IMG/VR virus record: IMGVR_UViG_3300036770_004568
Coordinates: 1-64,000 of that record
DNA: 64,000 bases
Source: a virus
Strand: one strand, 5' to 3'
A program made the translations under genes and the position numbers. This document shows positions 47,608 through 58,100 of the stretch, piece by piece (position 1 is the stretch's first letter; each line of letters starts with the position of its first letter). The notes beneath the pieces are model-generated. The model saw nothing but the letters and a program-made list of their open reading frames with translations. It was not told the DNA's origin and ran no database searches.

Positions 47608-48260
47608 CCCTCTCTACCTTCACGCTCAAGAATGCTGCAATGTGGTCCAAGGGACTGCCGCACCAGGACGATGCCTGGGATTGGTTGCAAAACAAGATCC
47701 CAACACCTGTGCTCAAGGAGTTCATGTTGCGTTACCGCAACGAGCACAAGATCACCAGCCTGGAGCCCCAGTATGCCCTGCCCACGCAGGCTCTTGCGTT
47801 GATCAAGGAGCTGGAGAACTTCCGCTCGATGCCGTACTTGGATTCCGAGAAGATCCCCACCATTGGCTATGGCACAACTCGGTATCCCGATGGGAAAGCA
47901 GTAACACTTAGCGATAAGCGCATCACCATCGAGCAGGCCGAGGCCTATCTCCTCCATCACATTAAGACCAGGATCCTCCCTGTTCTGCACAACTCGATTC
48001 CCTACTGGGGAGCTATGAACGACAACCAACGTTCGGCGCTCATCAGCTTTGCTTACAACACAGGCGAGAACTTCATGACCTTGAAGTCAGGGTACAACAC
48101 GATTCAGTCCCATCTCAACACCCGCTCCTGGCAGTTGATTCCCCAAGCCCTAAGTCTCTACATCAACCCTGGTTCAGAGAGCGAAGAAGGACTGCGGAAA
48201 CGCCGCAAGATGGAAGCTGAGCTATGGAACGGACAGGGAAAGCACGCTAAATCGCGTTAG
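47604..48260 (+). CDS. GH24 phage lysozyme (endolysin)
   Basis: E-x8-D-x5-T triad (ENFRSMPYLDSEKIPTIGYG), ALISFAYNTG, GL.KRR..E. Confidence 0.93.
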   Translation: MTLSTFTLKNAAMWSKGLPHQDDAWDWLQNKIPTPVLKEFMLRYRNEHKITSLEPQYALPTQALALIKELENFRSMPYLDSEKIPTIGYGTTRYPDGKAVTLSDKRITIEQAEAYLLHHIKTRILPVLHNSIPYWGAMNDNQRSALISFAYNTGENFMTLKSGYNTIQSHLNTRSWQLIPQALSLYINPGSESEEGLRKRRKMEAELWNGQGKHAKSR

Positions 48261-48394
48261 CTCTTGCCCTGTCCTCTCAGTTTTTTCCGTCCTGAGCGAT
48301 GCGGCCTGGAGTGTTGGCCCTGACCCTGGCACGTGGTTTTAGGTCGTCCTGGGATGTGCTCAACGCGCATGGACGATTTACCTTTACTCCCCAT
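48257..48394 (-). CDS. small basic protein (45 aa, not in ORF track)
   Basis: MGSKGKSS...KTTCQGQGQHSRP..RKKLRGQGKS*; TAGACT 22 nt upstream. Confidence 0.65.
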   Translation of the reverse strand: MGSKGKSSMRVEHIPGRPKTTCQGQGQHSRPHRSGRKKLRGQGKS

Positions 48395-48429
48395 CTGGAA
48401 TTCCGCAGATAGAGATAGTCTATTGCGAC

Positions 48430-49002
48430 CTAACGGATCACCTCAACCCGTAGTCGATCCGGTGGTACACCATCAATCACACCATTGCGGATGCTGCCAT
48501 AACGATAGATCTTCCCCTGTAGATTAATCGTATCTTGAGGCCCAAAGTTCTTGATTAGTACCCGCTGCAAGTGATTAAGAGGATGGCAAGGAAAGCCGTG
48601 CTTCTCACTGCATTTAGCCACATCAATGCGATTGGTAAACGTAAATCGATCTGGTGCCTGATCATTTCCAAAATCGACAACACCTCCACTCTGCTTGGAA
48701 ATAATGTGCCCTTGTGGTCCAAACTCAAGGGTATCAGCCGCATTGCTACCAACAAACCGCCAACGTGTAAAGATGCCTCGATCCAGGTAGTAGCCAGTCA
48801 CAGAGCCACGTGGGTCGTTCTGGCGTTTATTGGTACCTGCTGTTTTCATCACCAAACCTGTTAGGTGATCAGCAGGCGCAGCTGTGCGAATCGCTAGGAC
48901 GCGGGCACCATCTGTGCGTTGCAGTTGGACAGTCAGACCGGCTGTCGGCAGTGCATTCCAGTTGGTCCAAGCAGCCAGCAAAGTAACAAGAATAGGATTC
49001 AT
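48430..49002 (-). CDS. hypothetical secreted protein
   Basis: Signal-peptide-like N-terminus. Confidence 0.65.
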   Translation of the reverse strand: MNPILVTLLAAWTNWNALPTAGLTVQLQRTDGARVLAIRTAAPADHLTGLVMKTAGTNKRQNDPRGSVTGYYLDRGIFTRWRFVGSNAADTLEFGPQGHIISKQSGGVVDFGNDQAPDRFTFTNRIDVAKCSEKHGFPCHPLNHLQRVLIKNFGPQDTINLQGKIYRYGSIRNGVIDGVPPDRLRVEVIR

Positions 49003-49196
49003 GACTTATACACTGATCTATATAACAACTCTATTCGATAATACCGTGGGTTACAACTATAAGTTAATCTATTAACAGTATAATGCTTGTCTTCAGTGCA
49101 GATGTCACTGGTCATATTACACACAGTACGCGGCTCAGTATTGTGTATTGAGGCTGCAAAACTGTTGGCGGGAGTCGAAGCGAAAACAGTACATGG

Positions 49197-50471
49197 CTAG
49201 AGGGTTATGGATTGCAAGATGTTGTTCTGCAGCCGTTGGCCCCAATACGTGAGGCGGCGGATCGTGCCGTTTAGGTTAAAGCTAGAGCTACCGTACTGTC
49301 CTCCTAGTGCTGCCTGGTTAATAACACTTGAGGGGGTTCCACTGTTGTCTGTCACCACAGAACCACCATTTACAACTGCAGCAAAATCGTCCGTTTTGTA
49401 TGCAAATGTGGCACGCCGCCTGCGTACACCAGTAAGCCCTAAGGGAAAGAGAACGGCTTGATCTACCCCGGATGTCCGAGAATGCCCCGTGCCAAGACTT
49501 TCCGTGTTATACGCAATTTGAATTATATCGTTACCTGTGTTGCGAGCATCAAATACATGTGGAAAAAAGTTAGAAGGTACCGCAAACTCTCGGTAGGCAT
49601 CAGCAAACACCGTCCCCTCATCTTGCCGATACCACGAACTGAAATTAGTCCCGGAAATCGACGCCACATCAGCCGTGCGCGTGGCGGCGGTGCCGGTGGT
49701 GGGGATGACTGAGGACACAAACGCCCCCTGCTCAAGCTGGGGTAGGCCGATGCGGAGGGTGATGTCGATGGCCTGGCCAATGATCGAGGTGAAATACACA
49801 CCGGACTGAACAAAACTGGTTGTTCCACCCATTGACGGGCGTGCAATTGATAAGCGAGATGCGGCACTGAAACTAGATCCGGCTGAACTCCAAAGCGCAT
49901 TGGATTCCGTGACGTACCCACCAGCCCCGTTTCGCTCAATTACTCGAATGAACTGGTTTGCAGTTCCATTCAATGTTCCACCGATGATGGCAATGTAAGC
50001 AGATCCAGTCCATGCCTGCCCACTGCTTGCAGCAATAGCCGTGTTTGCATCAAAGTTTACTGACCACCCGCTGGTATCCCCAGCCGTGCCGCTTACTCGA
50101 ATGTCGATATACGCGATGCCGCTTTGCGTGCCGGTTGCTACGACTTGACTGGTGAGCCCAGTACCCAATGAACTCTGCACCCAATTCGTCGGCAACGTCC
50201 CCGGCGTACCAGCAACAGCACCCACCATCGTGTTGTTGCGAATGCTGTTGGTTCTGCTCTCCTCAACTAACAGCCCTAGACTCTCGCCCGTTGTTGGATT
50301 GTGATCAAACCGAGGTTCATTCACACCAGCCGCTCGCAGGATACCCTGTGCATCTGTATAGGTTCCTGTGCTATTACGCGTGAAGGTAATCCGTGGATCG
50401 AGACGCTTGGTCTTGGCAAAGTTTAAATTCAGACTTGGACGTATTGTGGGATAGAGACTTGAAATAGCCAT
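49197..50471 (-). CDS. virion spike/fibre protein paralog
   Basis: PSLNLNFA..LDPRITFTR, PRFDH joint, LamG-like C-terminal domain. Confidence 0.8.
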   Translation of the reverse strand: MAISSLYPTIRPSLNLNFAKTKRLDPRITFTRNSTGTYTDAQGILRAAGVNEPRFDHNPTTGESLGLLVEESRTNSIRNNTMVGAVAGTPGTLPTNWVQSSLGTGLTSQVVATGTQSGIAYIDIRVSGTAGDTSGWSVNFDANTAIAASSGQAWTGSAYIAIIGGTLNGTANQFIRVIERNGAGGYVTESNALWSSAGSSFSAASRLSIARPSMGGTTSFVQSGVYFTSIIGQAIDITLRIGLPQLEQGAFVSSVIPTTGTAATRTADVASISGTNFSSWYRQDEGTVFADAYREFAVPSNFFPHVFDARNTGNDIIQIAYNTESLGTGHSRTSGVDQAVLFPLGLTGVRRRRATFAYKTDDFAAVVNGGSVVTDNSGTPSSVINQAALGGQYGSSSFNLNGTIRRLTYWGQRLQNNILQSITL

Positions 50472-50476
50472 GGTGT

Positions 50477-51688
50477 TTACCTCGTCAGAGCTTGAAGTGT
50501 TGTATTGCTTAATCGCGCTGGCCAGTAGGTTAGACGTTTTATATGTCCATTAAGCGTAAGCAGTCCTGACAGTGATTGACCAATTGACATTTCATTTAAT
50601 TCAACCGGCAAAGTTCCACTTGCATCTATAGATACTGATCCACCGCTTACGGATCTTGCATAGTCGTCTCTTTTTATACCAACAGCGCTTTTCTTGGGTC
50701 CTGCTAGTAGTCCTGTGGAAAAATCTGCTGATACCGGCCCAGAGTCAGAACTATAAACACTATTTGAAAGCACGGTTGGACCACCACTCCAAATCCATTG
50801 TCGAATAAAGTTTGTGTTCGGTAAGCTAGTGTTGAATATTTGGTAATAGGCTCGACTGGTGGAACTAGCATATGGATAATCTGTAGCCTCACAATAAACC
50901 GTCCCTTGATTCTGTGAATACCAACTAGAAAATCTTGACCCCGTCATTGACACGACATCAGCACCTCTCGTGACAGCCGCAGCACCGGTCGGGATGTAGC
51001 TGGTAGGGAAGGCACCGACTTCCAGTTGCGCACCCCAAACTAGGATGTCAATAGAGTTAGTTGTGTTTATAGTACCTCTTGTTCCTATTTGGATACGATC
51101 TGCTGTTAAGGCAATATTAGTGCTTGTTATTGTGTATCTCTGCCACTCCGTAGTGACAATCGCTAGGCTGCCTCCGCTACCTGTCTCATTTCGGAAATAA
51201 ACCTCTTGGGTTGCACCTGTGTTCGACTTCATCCACACGCTGATGCTTATGGTGTGGGGGTTGGAAAGTCCCGATACTGGCTGAATGAGCGTCGATTGAT
51301 CTCCAGACGTGTTGCCCGCTCCCCTGTCTGCTTGAAGGCGATCTGCAACCATCAAGCCGTTTGGGGCCAGGGCATAATTAGGGGTCACAAACGGAGCGGA
51401 TCCTGTTCCAGTGACAGTTGAAGTCCACGGGTTCTGATCAAACTCCTCACTCCTGAGCAGCAAGTTCTGCCGCTGCTCCTCCACCAATAGCCCCAGGCAC
51501 TCGCCAGTCACGGGGTCATGGTCAAACCGTGGTTCATTCACCGCAGCCGTGCGGATGATTCCTTGTGCATCCGTGTAGGTCCCAATGCTGTTGCGGCTGA
51601 AGGTGATCCGAGGATCCAGCCGTCCTGCATTGCTGAAATCCAGATTCAGCTCTGGTTCAATCGTGGGATACAGCGATGCAATGCTCAT
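50477..51688 (-). CDS. virion spike/fibre protein paralog
   Basis: Same architecture; WGAQLE..FPTSYIPT; RLSNTTLQALT. Confidence 0.8.
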   Translation of the reverse strand: MSIASLYPTIEPELNLDFSNAGRLDPRITFSRNSIGTYTDAQGIIRTAAVNEPRFDHDPVTGECLGLLVEEQRQNLLLRSEEFDQNPWTSTVTGTGSAPFVTPNYALAPNGLMVADRLQADRGAGNTSGDQSTLIQPVSGLSNPHTISISVWMKSNTGATQEVYFRNETGSGGSLAIVTTEWQRYTITSTNIALTADRIQIGTRGTINTTNSIDILVWGAQLEVGAFPTSYIPTGAAAVTRGADVVSMTGSRFSSWYSQNQGTVYCEATDYPYASSTSRAYYQIFNTSLPNTNFIRQWIWSGGPTVLSNSVYSSDSGPVSADFSTGLLAGPKKSAVGIKRDDYARSVSGGSVSIDASGTLPVELNEMSIGQSLSGLLTLNGHIKRLTYWPARLSNTTLQALTR

Positions 51689-51690
51689 GC

Positions 51691-52191
51691 CTACTCCTCA
51701 ATCACAGGCTCTTCTGCAGGAGGCTCAAGCTCTTGCACAGGTGCTTCCGGTTCCACTGCGACTTCAGGCTCCGGTTCCACCACCACAGACGCTTGGACCT
51801 GGACCTCTGGCCTGCTGTAGGTCAGCAGCTCTTCAATCCGCTCGACCTCAATCAGCCCCGCTCCAGCCAGTAGCTCCAGTCCTGGTGCCAGGCGTGGATC
51901 GTCCATGGCGATCTTCGGAGACTCGGTCAACTGATCAATCAGGGCAGCCACCTCAGGTGATTGCTCAGCAGCAGCCAGGATCGTGCCATATTCCGTCGCG
52001 GTGAACCGTCGAATAAACGCACTGGAGGTAATCACACCAACGCCAAAGAGTTCGGCATAGCTGCGTCCTTGGTTCTCAATGAATTCAGTGGCAAGGGCCT
52101 CAGGTGTGACGCCATTGCGGTTGGCAGCTTCCACCCATCCATCAATCAATCGAGGATCCGTAATCGTAATTGTCAGAGTCTCTAGAGCCAT
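51691..52191 (-). CDS. fibre-associated hypothetical protein
   Basis: 166 aa with acidic Pro-rich tail, within the fibre cluster. Confidence 0.7.
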   Translation of the reverse strand: MALETLTITITDPRLIDGWVEAANRNGVTPEALATEFIENQGRSYAELFGVGVITSSAFIRRFTATEYGTILAAAEQSPEVAALIDQLTESPKIAMDDPRLAPGLELLAGAGLIEVERIEELLTYSRPEVQVQASVVVEPEPEVAVEPEAPVQELEPPAEEPVIEE

Positions 52192-52230
52192 ACCATGTCT
52201 TGATCTATTGTTCTATTCTATCGCGACCTA

Positions 52231-55020
52231 TCAGCAGAGCCGATAACTCACAAATGTATTCGCCGCTGTTCTGCGGGATGCAAACCGCGCTGATGTTCCT
52301 GCGGCTACGGTACGTGAACCAATCAATGTATGACCTGTTCCATCGTTTACGGTGACTGCATTGGTGGCACCAGTATTAACCACACTCCATTCAAATGTCA
52401 TATTGGCGTAGACATTAATGAATCCAGCCTCGGTTAGTGTGCCGGTTGGTAGCGTCATGGTGACAGGCGATGCTGTAGTGCTGGTGATAATCCCAGTTTT
52501 TAAATTATCAATACTTAGCGTGGCCGTTGCGTCAACAGCAGCAGGAGCAACTTGGGCATAAGTCTGTATCCCTTCATTGCTAATGCGGAACCGCTCCACA
52601 CTGTCAATCTTGACTGTCAGTGGCTTGCCAACTTCTAATCCAGTGGTGCTGTTCCATAGCAAGTTGGCATCACCCGCTTGTGCACCACTCAGGTTGTAGG
52701 TCAGTTGGCCGCTCGCCCCAGCGACCAGGGCCACGGTGCCCGAGGCGTCGGGGAACGAAATCGTCCGATTGGCAGTGGCTGTGACCGTCTGAAGTGTGGT
52801 GGTAAAGCTTGCTCCATCACTGAGGTTGACATCCTTATACGCCACCAGATTGCCAGTGGCATCAATCTCACAGGCCGCTACACCCGCCGTACTAAAGCCA
52901 ATGCGATTGGCACCAGGGCTGTAGATACCGGTATCGGTGTCAGTTCCTGGATAGATCGAGGGCAGGGCTGCAGTCCCAAGCGGAATGCTGAGGCGTCCTG
53001 TGGCACTGATGTTGAAGACGCTGGTGCCATTGACTTGCGCATCCAGCAGCCGTCCTGTGAACCCTGAAGCGGCATTGATTCCAAGGCCTGTGCCACTGGT
53101 GCTCCAAGCGGTGCTGGTGGTGCCAAAGGGTTCCAGGAGCAGTTGGGGTTTGGTGGTCGTGGTTGTACCGCCTGTGAACCACGCTCCAGTGACCTGCAGA
53201 CCTGGTATGGAGTCCGTACCGGCTCCCGTGATGGCAGCAATTCCAGCACTGATGGCTGTGGCGTCTTGGAACGCCATGGAGCCCAGGTAGCCATTGAGCG
53301 GAATCTGGTTGGGTGCCGTACCGATGTCTGCACTGGAAACCACCAGATGCTGAACCCCGTTGACGGTCTCCGAGATCGTGCCATTAACCACCAAGGCAGA
53401 GCTATTGGTGTTGGTGGTCGTGCCAATGAGAACACGTCCTGTACTGTCAATTCTTAGACGTTCCGTGGGGAACAGCGCTCCAGATGCCGTAGTTTGAAGA
53501 ATGAGCCGCCCTGGCATACTGGTAGAGCTTGGTGTTCCATCTGATTCACAGAGGATTGCTCCAACGACACTATTGATGTCCGTACCATTGGCACCATAAT
53601 ACTGAATGGCACCAATTACATCATTTGACTGTACAATCGCATTGCTTCCTGTAGTCGTCCCCCTTGACTTACCAAGATTTATAGTCGCCCCAAATGTGTC
53701 ATTTGTATTTCTGATTATGGAAGCACTGGATGTTCCTGCATCTGTTCCTTCAACTTGTAGAACTCTTGTTACACCAGCTTGCCGTGCTGTGCTAATTCCA
53801 ATCAGAAGCCTTCCAGAACTATCAAACCTTGCCTTTTCCGACCCTCCATTAGCAAAGATAAAGTTGTTGCTAGCAAAATAAGAGTCTGCTGTTCCTGCAC
53901 CATAAAAGTTCCATCGATTGGTTCCAGCATCAATATTGCTTACAAATCCATAGTTATTTGTTGCTCCAGTTAGACCTGATGCAAAAAATCCTCTTTGTGT
54001 TGTAATTGTAGCCCCTGCTCCGAATGCTCCTGGCTGTGATGCACTAAAATGATTAAAACTCGGGACTGTATATGATCCTGCGCTTGCATACGCAAGGGAT
54101 CCAAACGACACATGCTGGATTGTGGTATTTGCATTGACACTTCCGCGCCAGACTATTCCATTTGAATATCCACTTGAAGCGGCTGTCACTCTTACTGTAA
54201 CTCTGTCTGCAGGATCAGCAGCTCCTGCTATTCCAATTCGCCCTTGGTTGTCAATTCGTAATCGTTCAGATGGAGATGATGATCCATCTGCAGAAGTACT
54301 AAAAACAATGCGTCCAGGCATTGATCCAGTACCGGGTGTTCCATCTATTTCTCCGCCAATTCTTGCTGCACGTAGATGGGTAGCGCCATCTGATGCTGTA
54401 AAGAAGATTGATCCTGCAACATCATTATTGACGGCAGTAGCATGACCGTTAATTGTTGTTGTATTGCTACGACCAAGCTGAAGTGTACCTCCACCGTTGG
54501 CTGCTGTATTAAACAGCATGGCTGACAGCGTTGATCCTGCATATGAGATACTTGATAGTTGAACACTTGGTTGATATACCGCTCCATCACCAGCAGGTAC
54601 ACTAGCAACAGCTGTTGTTCCAATTAAAATCCTTCCAAAATTATCAATACGGACCCTTTCTGCTCCTGCAGTCGACAATGACAGGATGTCAGCACTTGGA
54701 CTAAATAGTCCCGTATTTGGATCGTCTACAAACGCTAATGCGGGAAGCAGTGCAGTGCCAAGTGACTTGATTTCAACCTGTCCATTGCTGTCAATCAGCA
54801 GTCTCTGAACACCTGCTGTGCTAATGGCTAGCTGATCTGCTCCAGGGCTATAGAGTCCTGTATTGCGATCTCCAGTGATATAAAGGCTTGGCAGTGCAGC
54901 AGTACCAAGACCCAGTCCTAGAGGATGAATTGCATCGGCGTTCTGGAACGCAAGAGTTCCAAGCATCCCATTGGTTGGGACTTGGTTGAAATCAGTACCA
55001 ATGAGAAGCTTTTGAGGCAT
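52231..55020 (-). CDS. tail fibre protein
   Basis: Repeated ERLRIDSxGRxLIG and GTAALPS..GDxNTGxYSPGAD shaft motifs. Confidence 0.85.
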   Translation of the reverse strand: MPQKLLIGTDFNQVPTNGMLGTLAFQNADAIHPLGLGLGTAALPSLYITGDRNTGLYSPGADQLAISTAGVQRLLIDSNGQVEIKSLGTALLPALAFVDDPNTGLFSPSADILSLSTAGAERVRIDNFGRILIGTTAVASVPAGDGAVYQPSVQLSSISYAGSTLSAMLFNTAANGGGTLQLGRSNTTTINGHATAVNNDVAGSIFFTASDGATHLRAARIGGEIDGTPGTGSMPGRIVFSTSADGSSSPSERLRIDNQGRIGIAGAADPADRVTVRVTAASSGYSNGIVWRGSVNANTTIQHVSFGSLAYASAGSYTVPSFNHFSASQPGAFGAGATITTQRGFFASGLTGATNNYGFVSNIDAGTNRWNFYGAGTADSYFASNNFIFANGGSEKARFDSSGRLLIGISTARQAGVTRVLQVEGTDAGTSSASIIRNTNDTFGATINLGKSRGTTTGSNAIVQSNDVIGAIQYYGANGTDINSVVGAILCESDGTPSSTSMPGRLILQTTASGALFPTERLRIDSTGRVLIGTTTNTNSSALVVNGTISETVNGVQHLVVSSADIGTAPNQIPLNGYLGSMAFQDATAISAGIAAITGAGTDSIPGLQVTGAWFTGGTTTTTKPQLLLEPFGTTSTAWSTSGTGLGINAASGFTGRLLDAQVNGTSVFNISATGRLSIPLGTAALPSIYPGTDTDTGIYSPGANRIGFSTAGVAACEIDATGNLVAYKDVNLSDGASFTTTLQTVTATANRTISFPDASGTVALVAGASGQLTYNLSGAQAGDANLLWNSTTGLEVGKPLTVKIDSVERFRISNEGIQTYAQVAPAAVDATATLSIDNLKTGIITSTTASPVTMTLPTGTLTEAGFINVYANMTFEWSVVNTGATNAVTVNDGTGHTLIGSRTVAAGTSARFASRRTAANTFVSYRLC

Positions 55021-55167
55021 GCTAGTTCACTCCTGCTCGAACACAACACAGATTCAACTGATTGACCAATCGCTGAAATCCTGAAGTACGCACTTCATTA
55101 CTATAGTTTAAGATGACTTCCGTCACTTTACTGTCACCAAGGCTAACCAATCTCATTTTCTATCATC

Positions 55168-58100
55168 CTATTGTGTTAGAGCCTGCAAGGTTGCATTAGG
55201 CAGGCGGGCTGGCCAGTAGGTTATGCGGCGAATGGTACCATTTGCAAATGTAGACGTACCTTGGAAGCTACCAATAAATAAACGGCTCTGACTTACAGGC
55301 ATGGTGCAGGTTGCATCAATACCAATAGCTGATGAATTTACTTGTATAGCTGCGTTATTAAGCTGATTAGTCAGGGCTGCTTTATAGGCTGTCATAGAAG
55401 GATCGCCTAGGCTTGCACCGCTTCCAACGCCAACAACCTGTACCCCTCCTGACCAAGAACTTAGAGTAGGTATACCGCTAAGACCTCTAAGCTCCCATCT
55501 GTTATTAAGAGTCGAGTCATCAAACATAAACACGCGTCCCCCAGATTTAATGCTTGCCACATCAGCAAACACCGTCCCCTCATCCTGCCTATACCACGAA
55601 CTGAAATTCGTCCCGGAAATCGACGCGACATCAGCCGTGCGCGTCGCGGCGGTGCCGGTGGTGGGGATGTAAGACGTGGGGAATGCTCCGGCTTCTAGTT
55701 GGGCGCCCCAGATGAAGAGGCCACTGGTTCCATCTCCGGTGGTGTTGTTGACGACTTGTGCTCTGAGTCCCGTCTCAGATCCTGTAGTCGCCGTGATGCT
55801 AAACCTTACCCAACCGTCCCGAAGAAACTGAACGCTTGAGCTGAGACCTGTATATGTTCCGCCAATGAAAGATCCGCTTGTAACGCCAGTGGTAAGGTCT
55901 ACGATTAAATCCGCCCTGTTTCCTGAATTGGCAGGATCTCGCAGGATCAATCTAAATGCAGAATGCTCTTTTGCCTTCCCGTAGCAGGAAAGCGTGTACT
56001 GGACAGGTGAGGCTGCTTTTACCAGATCTTGATTTAATGCGCCATTCGCAGCCAGATTTGATGGGATAAGCAAGTCGGCAGTAGTCTGTCCGTCTGGCGC
56101 TATCGTTGCGTTTTGCGTTACCGTTGCAGTTGCTTTTACCCAACTCGCATTGTCAAACTCTTCACTCCTAAGCAGCAAATTCTGCCGCTGCTCCTCGACC
56201 AACAACCCCAGGCACTCGCCCGTGAGCGGGTTGTGGCCAAAGCGTGGTTCATCAATTGACGCTGTACGAAGCACTCCCTGTGAATCGGTATACGTTCCTT
56301 CACTTGCACGAGTAAATGCAATCCGTGGATCCAGACTTTTGGTTTGTGCAAAAGCCAGATCCAGCGTGGGCCTGATGGTCGGGAAATTATTCTCGATGGT
56401 TGGGTTGCCGTCCAGACTGCCAATTGTGAATTTCTGCGTTCCAGCTGTGGTCAGTGCGACTTGATCCCCACCAGGGCTATACAGTCCTGTGTTGGTATCC
56501 GTTCCTGGATAGATCGATGGCAAAGCTGCTGTTCCCAGCGGAATACTCAGTCGTCCTGTGGCATCAACATTAAAGACGCTCGTCCCATTACTCTGGAGAT
56601 CAATCAGTCGCCCCGTAAATCCTGAGGCAGCATTAATTCCCAGTCCTGTTCCACTGGTGCTCCAGGAGTTGCTTGTTGCTCCTGCAGGTTCAATCAGGAC
56701 TTCTGGTTTGGTGGTTGATCCTGAACCGCCCGTAAACCAAGCACCTGTGACGCTAATGGCAGGTGTACTGGCTTCGGCTGGTGAACCGACAGTGAGTTGT
56801 CTACCCAGCAGCAGACCTGTTGTGCTGCTCCATGTGAAATTGGCATCTCCGCTCTGTGCTCCTCCCAGGTTGTAGGTCACCTGGCCACTGGCACCAGCCA
56901 CCAACGCAATTGTTCCTGAGGCGTCAGGGAAGGAAATCGTGCGGTTGGCCGTGGCCGTGACGGTCTGCAGCGTCGTGGTGAAGCTGGCACCATCACTCAA
57001 GCTGATGTCCTTGTAGGCCACCAACGTGCCATCGGCAGCCACTTCAGACGCCAGGACGCCTGACGTACTAAAGCCAATGCGGTTGGCACCAGGGCTGTAA
57101 ATGCCTGTATCTGTATCGCTGCCAGGGAAAATTGAAGGCAGAGCAGCGGTACCCAGTGGGATGCTTAGGCGTCCACTAGAGGTGATGTGCAGCAAGCTGG
57201 TCCCATTGACTTGGGCATCCAGTAACCGCCCTGCAAAACCTGAAACAGCATTGATGCCCAGTCCTGTGCCGCTAGCACTCCAGCCCGTGCTGGTGGTGCC
57301 AAACGGTTCGATCAGCAGTTGCGGTTTGGTGGTGGTTGAACTGCCGCCTGTGAACCAGGTCCCCGTGATCTGCGTACTAGGAATAGAGTCCGTGCCAGCC
57401 CCGGTGACGGCCAGGATCCCGACGCTGACAGCCACGGAATCTTGGAACGCCATCGATCCCAGATAGCCATTGAGCGGGATTTGGTTGGGTGCTGTACCAA
57501 TGTCGGCACTAGAGACCACCAGGTGTTGAACGCCATTGACGGTCTCGGAGATCGTGCCATTGACCACCAGCGCAGAGTTGTTGGTGTTTGTGGTTGTGCC
57601 AATCAGGACAGAGCCAGAGTTGGTAATCCGCAGCCGCTCTACAGGAGCTCCTGATCCTGCTGGCGTGGTGCTGAAGATCAGGCGCCCTGGCATGACTCCA
57701 GTACTTGGGGTTGCATCCACTTCACAGAAAATGGCGCCACCTGAAATCAGTCCTGCTGCTCCATCAGCGCCTTTGAAGTCGATGTAGCCAAGATCATCAC
57801 CACTGGCAACGAGTGTATTGACACCAAGAGATCCACGACTCTTAGAGAAAGTCAGAAGACCTGGGTTGATATTGTTACTGAACTGGGCAATGGCAATTGC
57901 TGAACCAGAGGTTGTTCCAACTTCCAGTGGATGACTGTTGAAAGCCGCCGCCAGGCCAACCAACAGGCGCCCAGAGCTGTCAACACGCAGGCGCTCGGTA
58001 CTTGCAGTAGAGATTCCAACTGTATTCGTTGCAGGCAAGAACAGTCCATTCGTCGGCACTGTTGCTGAACTTGGGATCAGGCTAGCTCCGGTGATTGTTC

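Noticed and set aside
49598-55669. Diversity-generating retroelement TR/VR pair in the fibre genes
   Set aside because: The five mismatches are synonymous and not adenine-specific, both copies are internal coding joints, and there is no reverse transcriptase in the window
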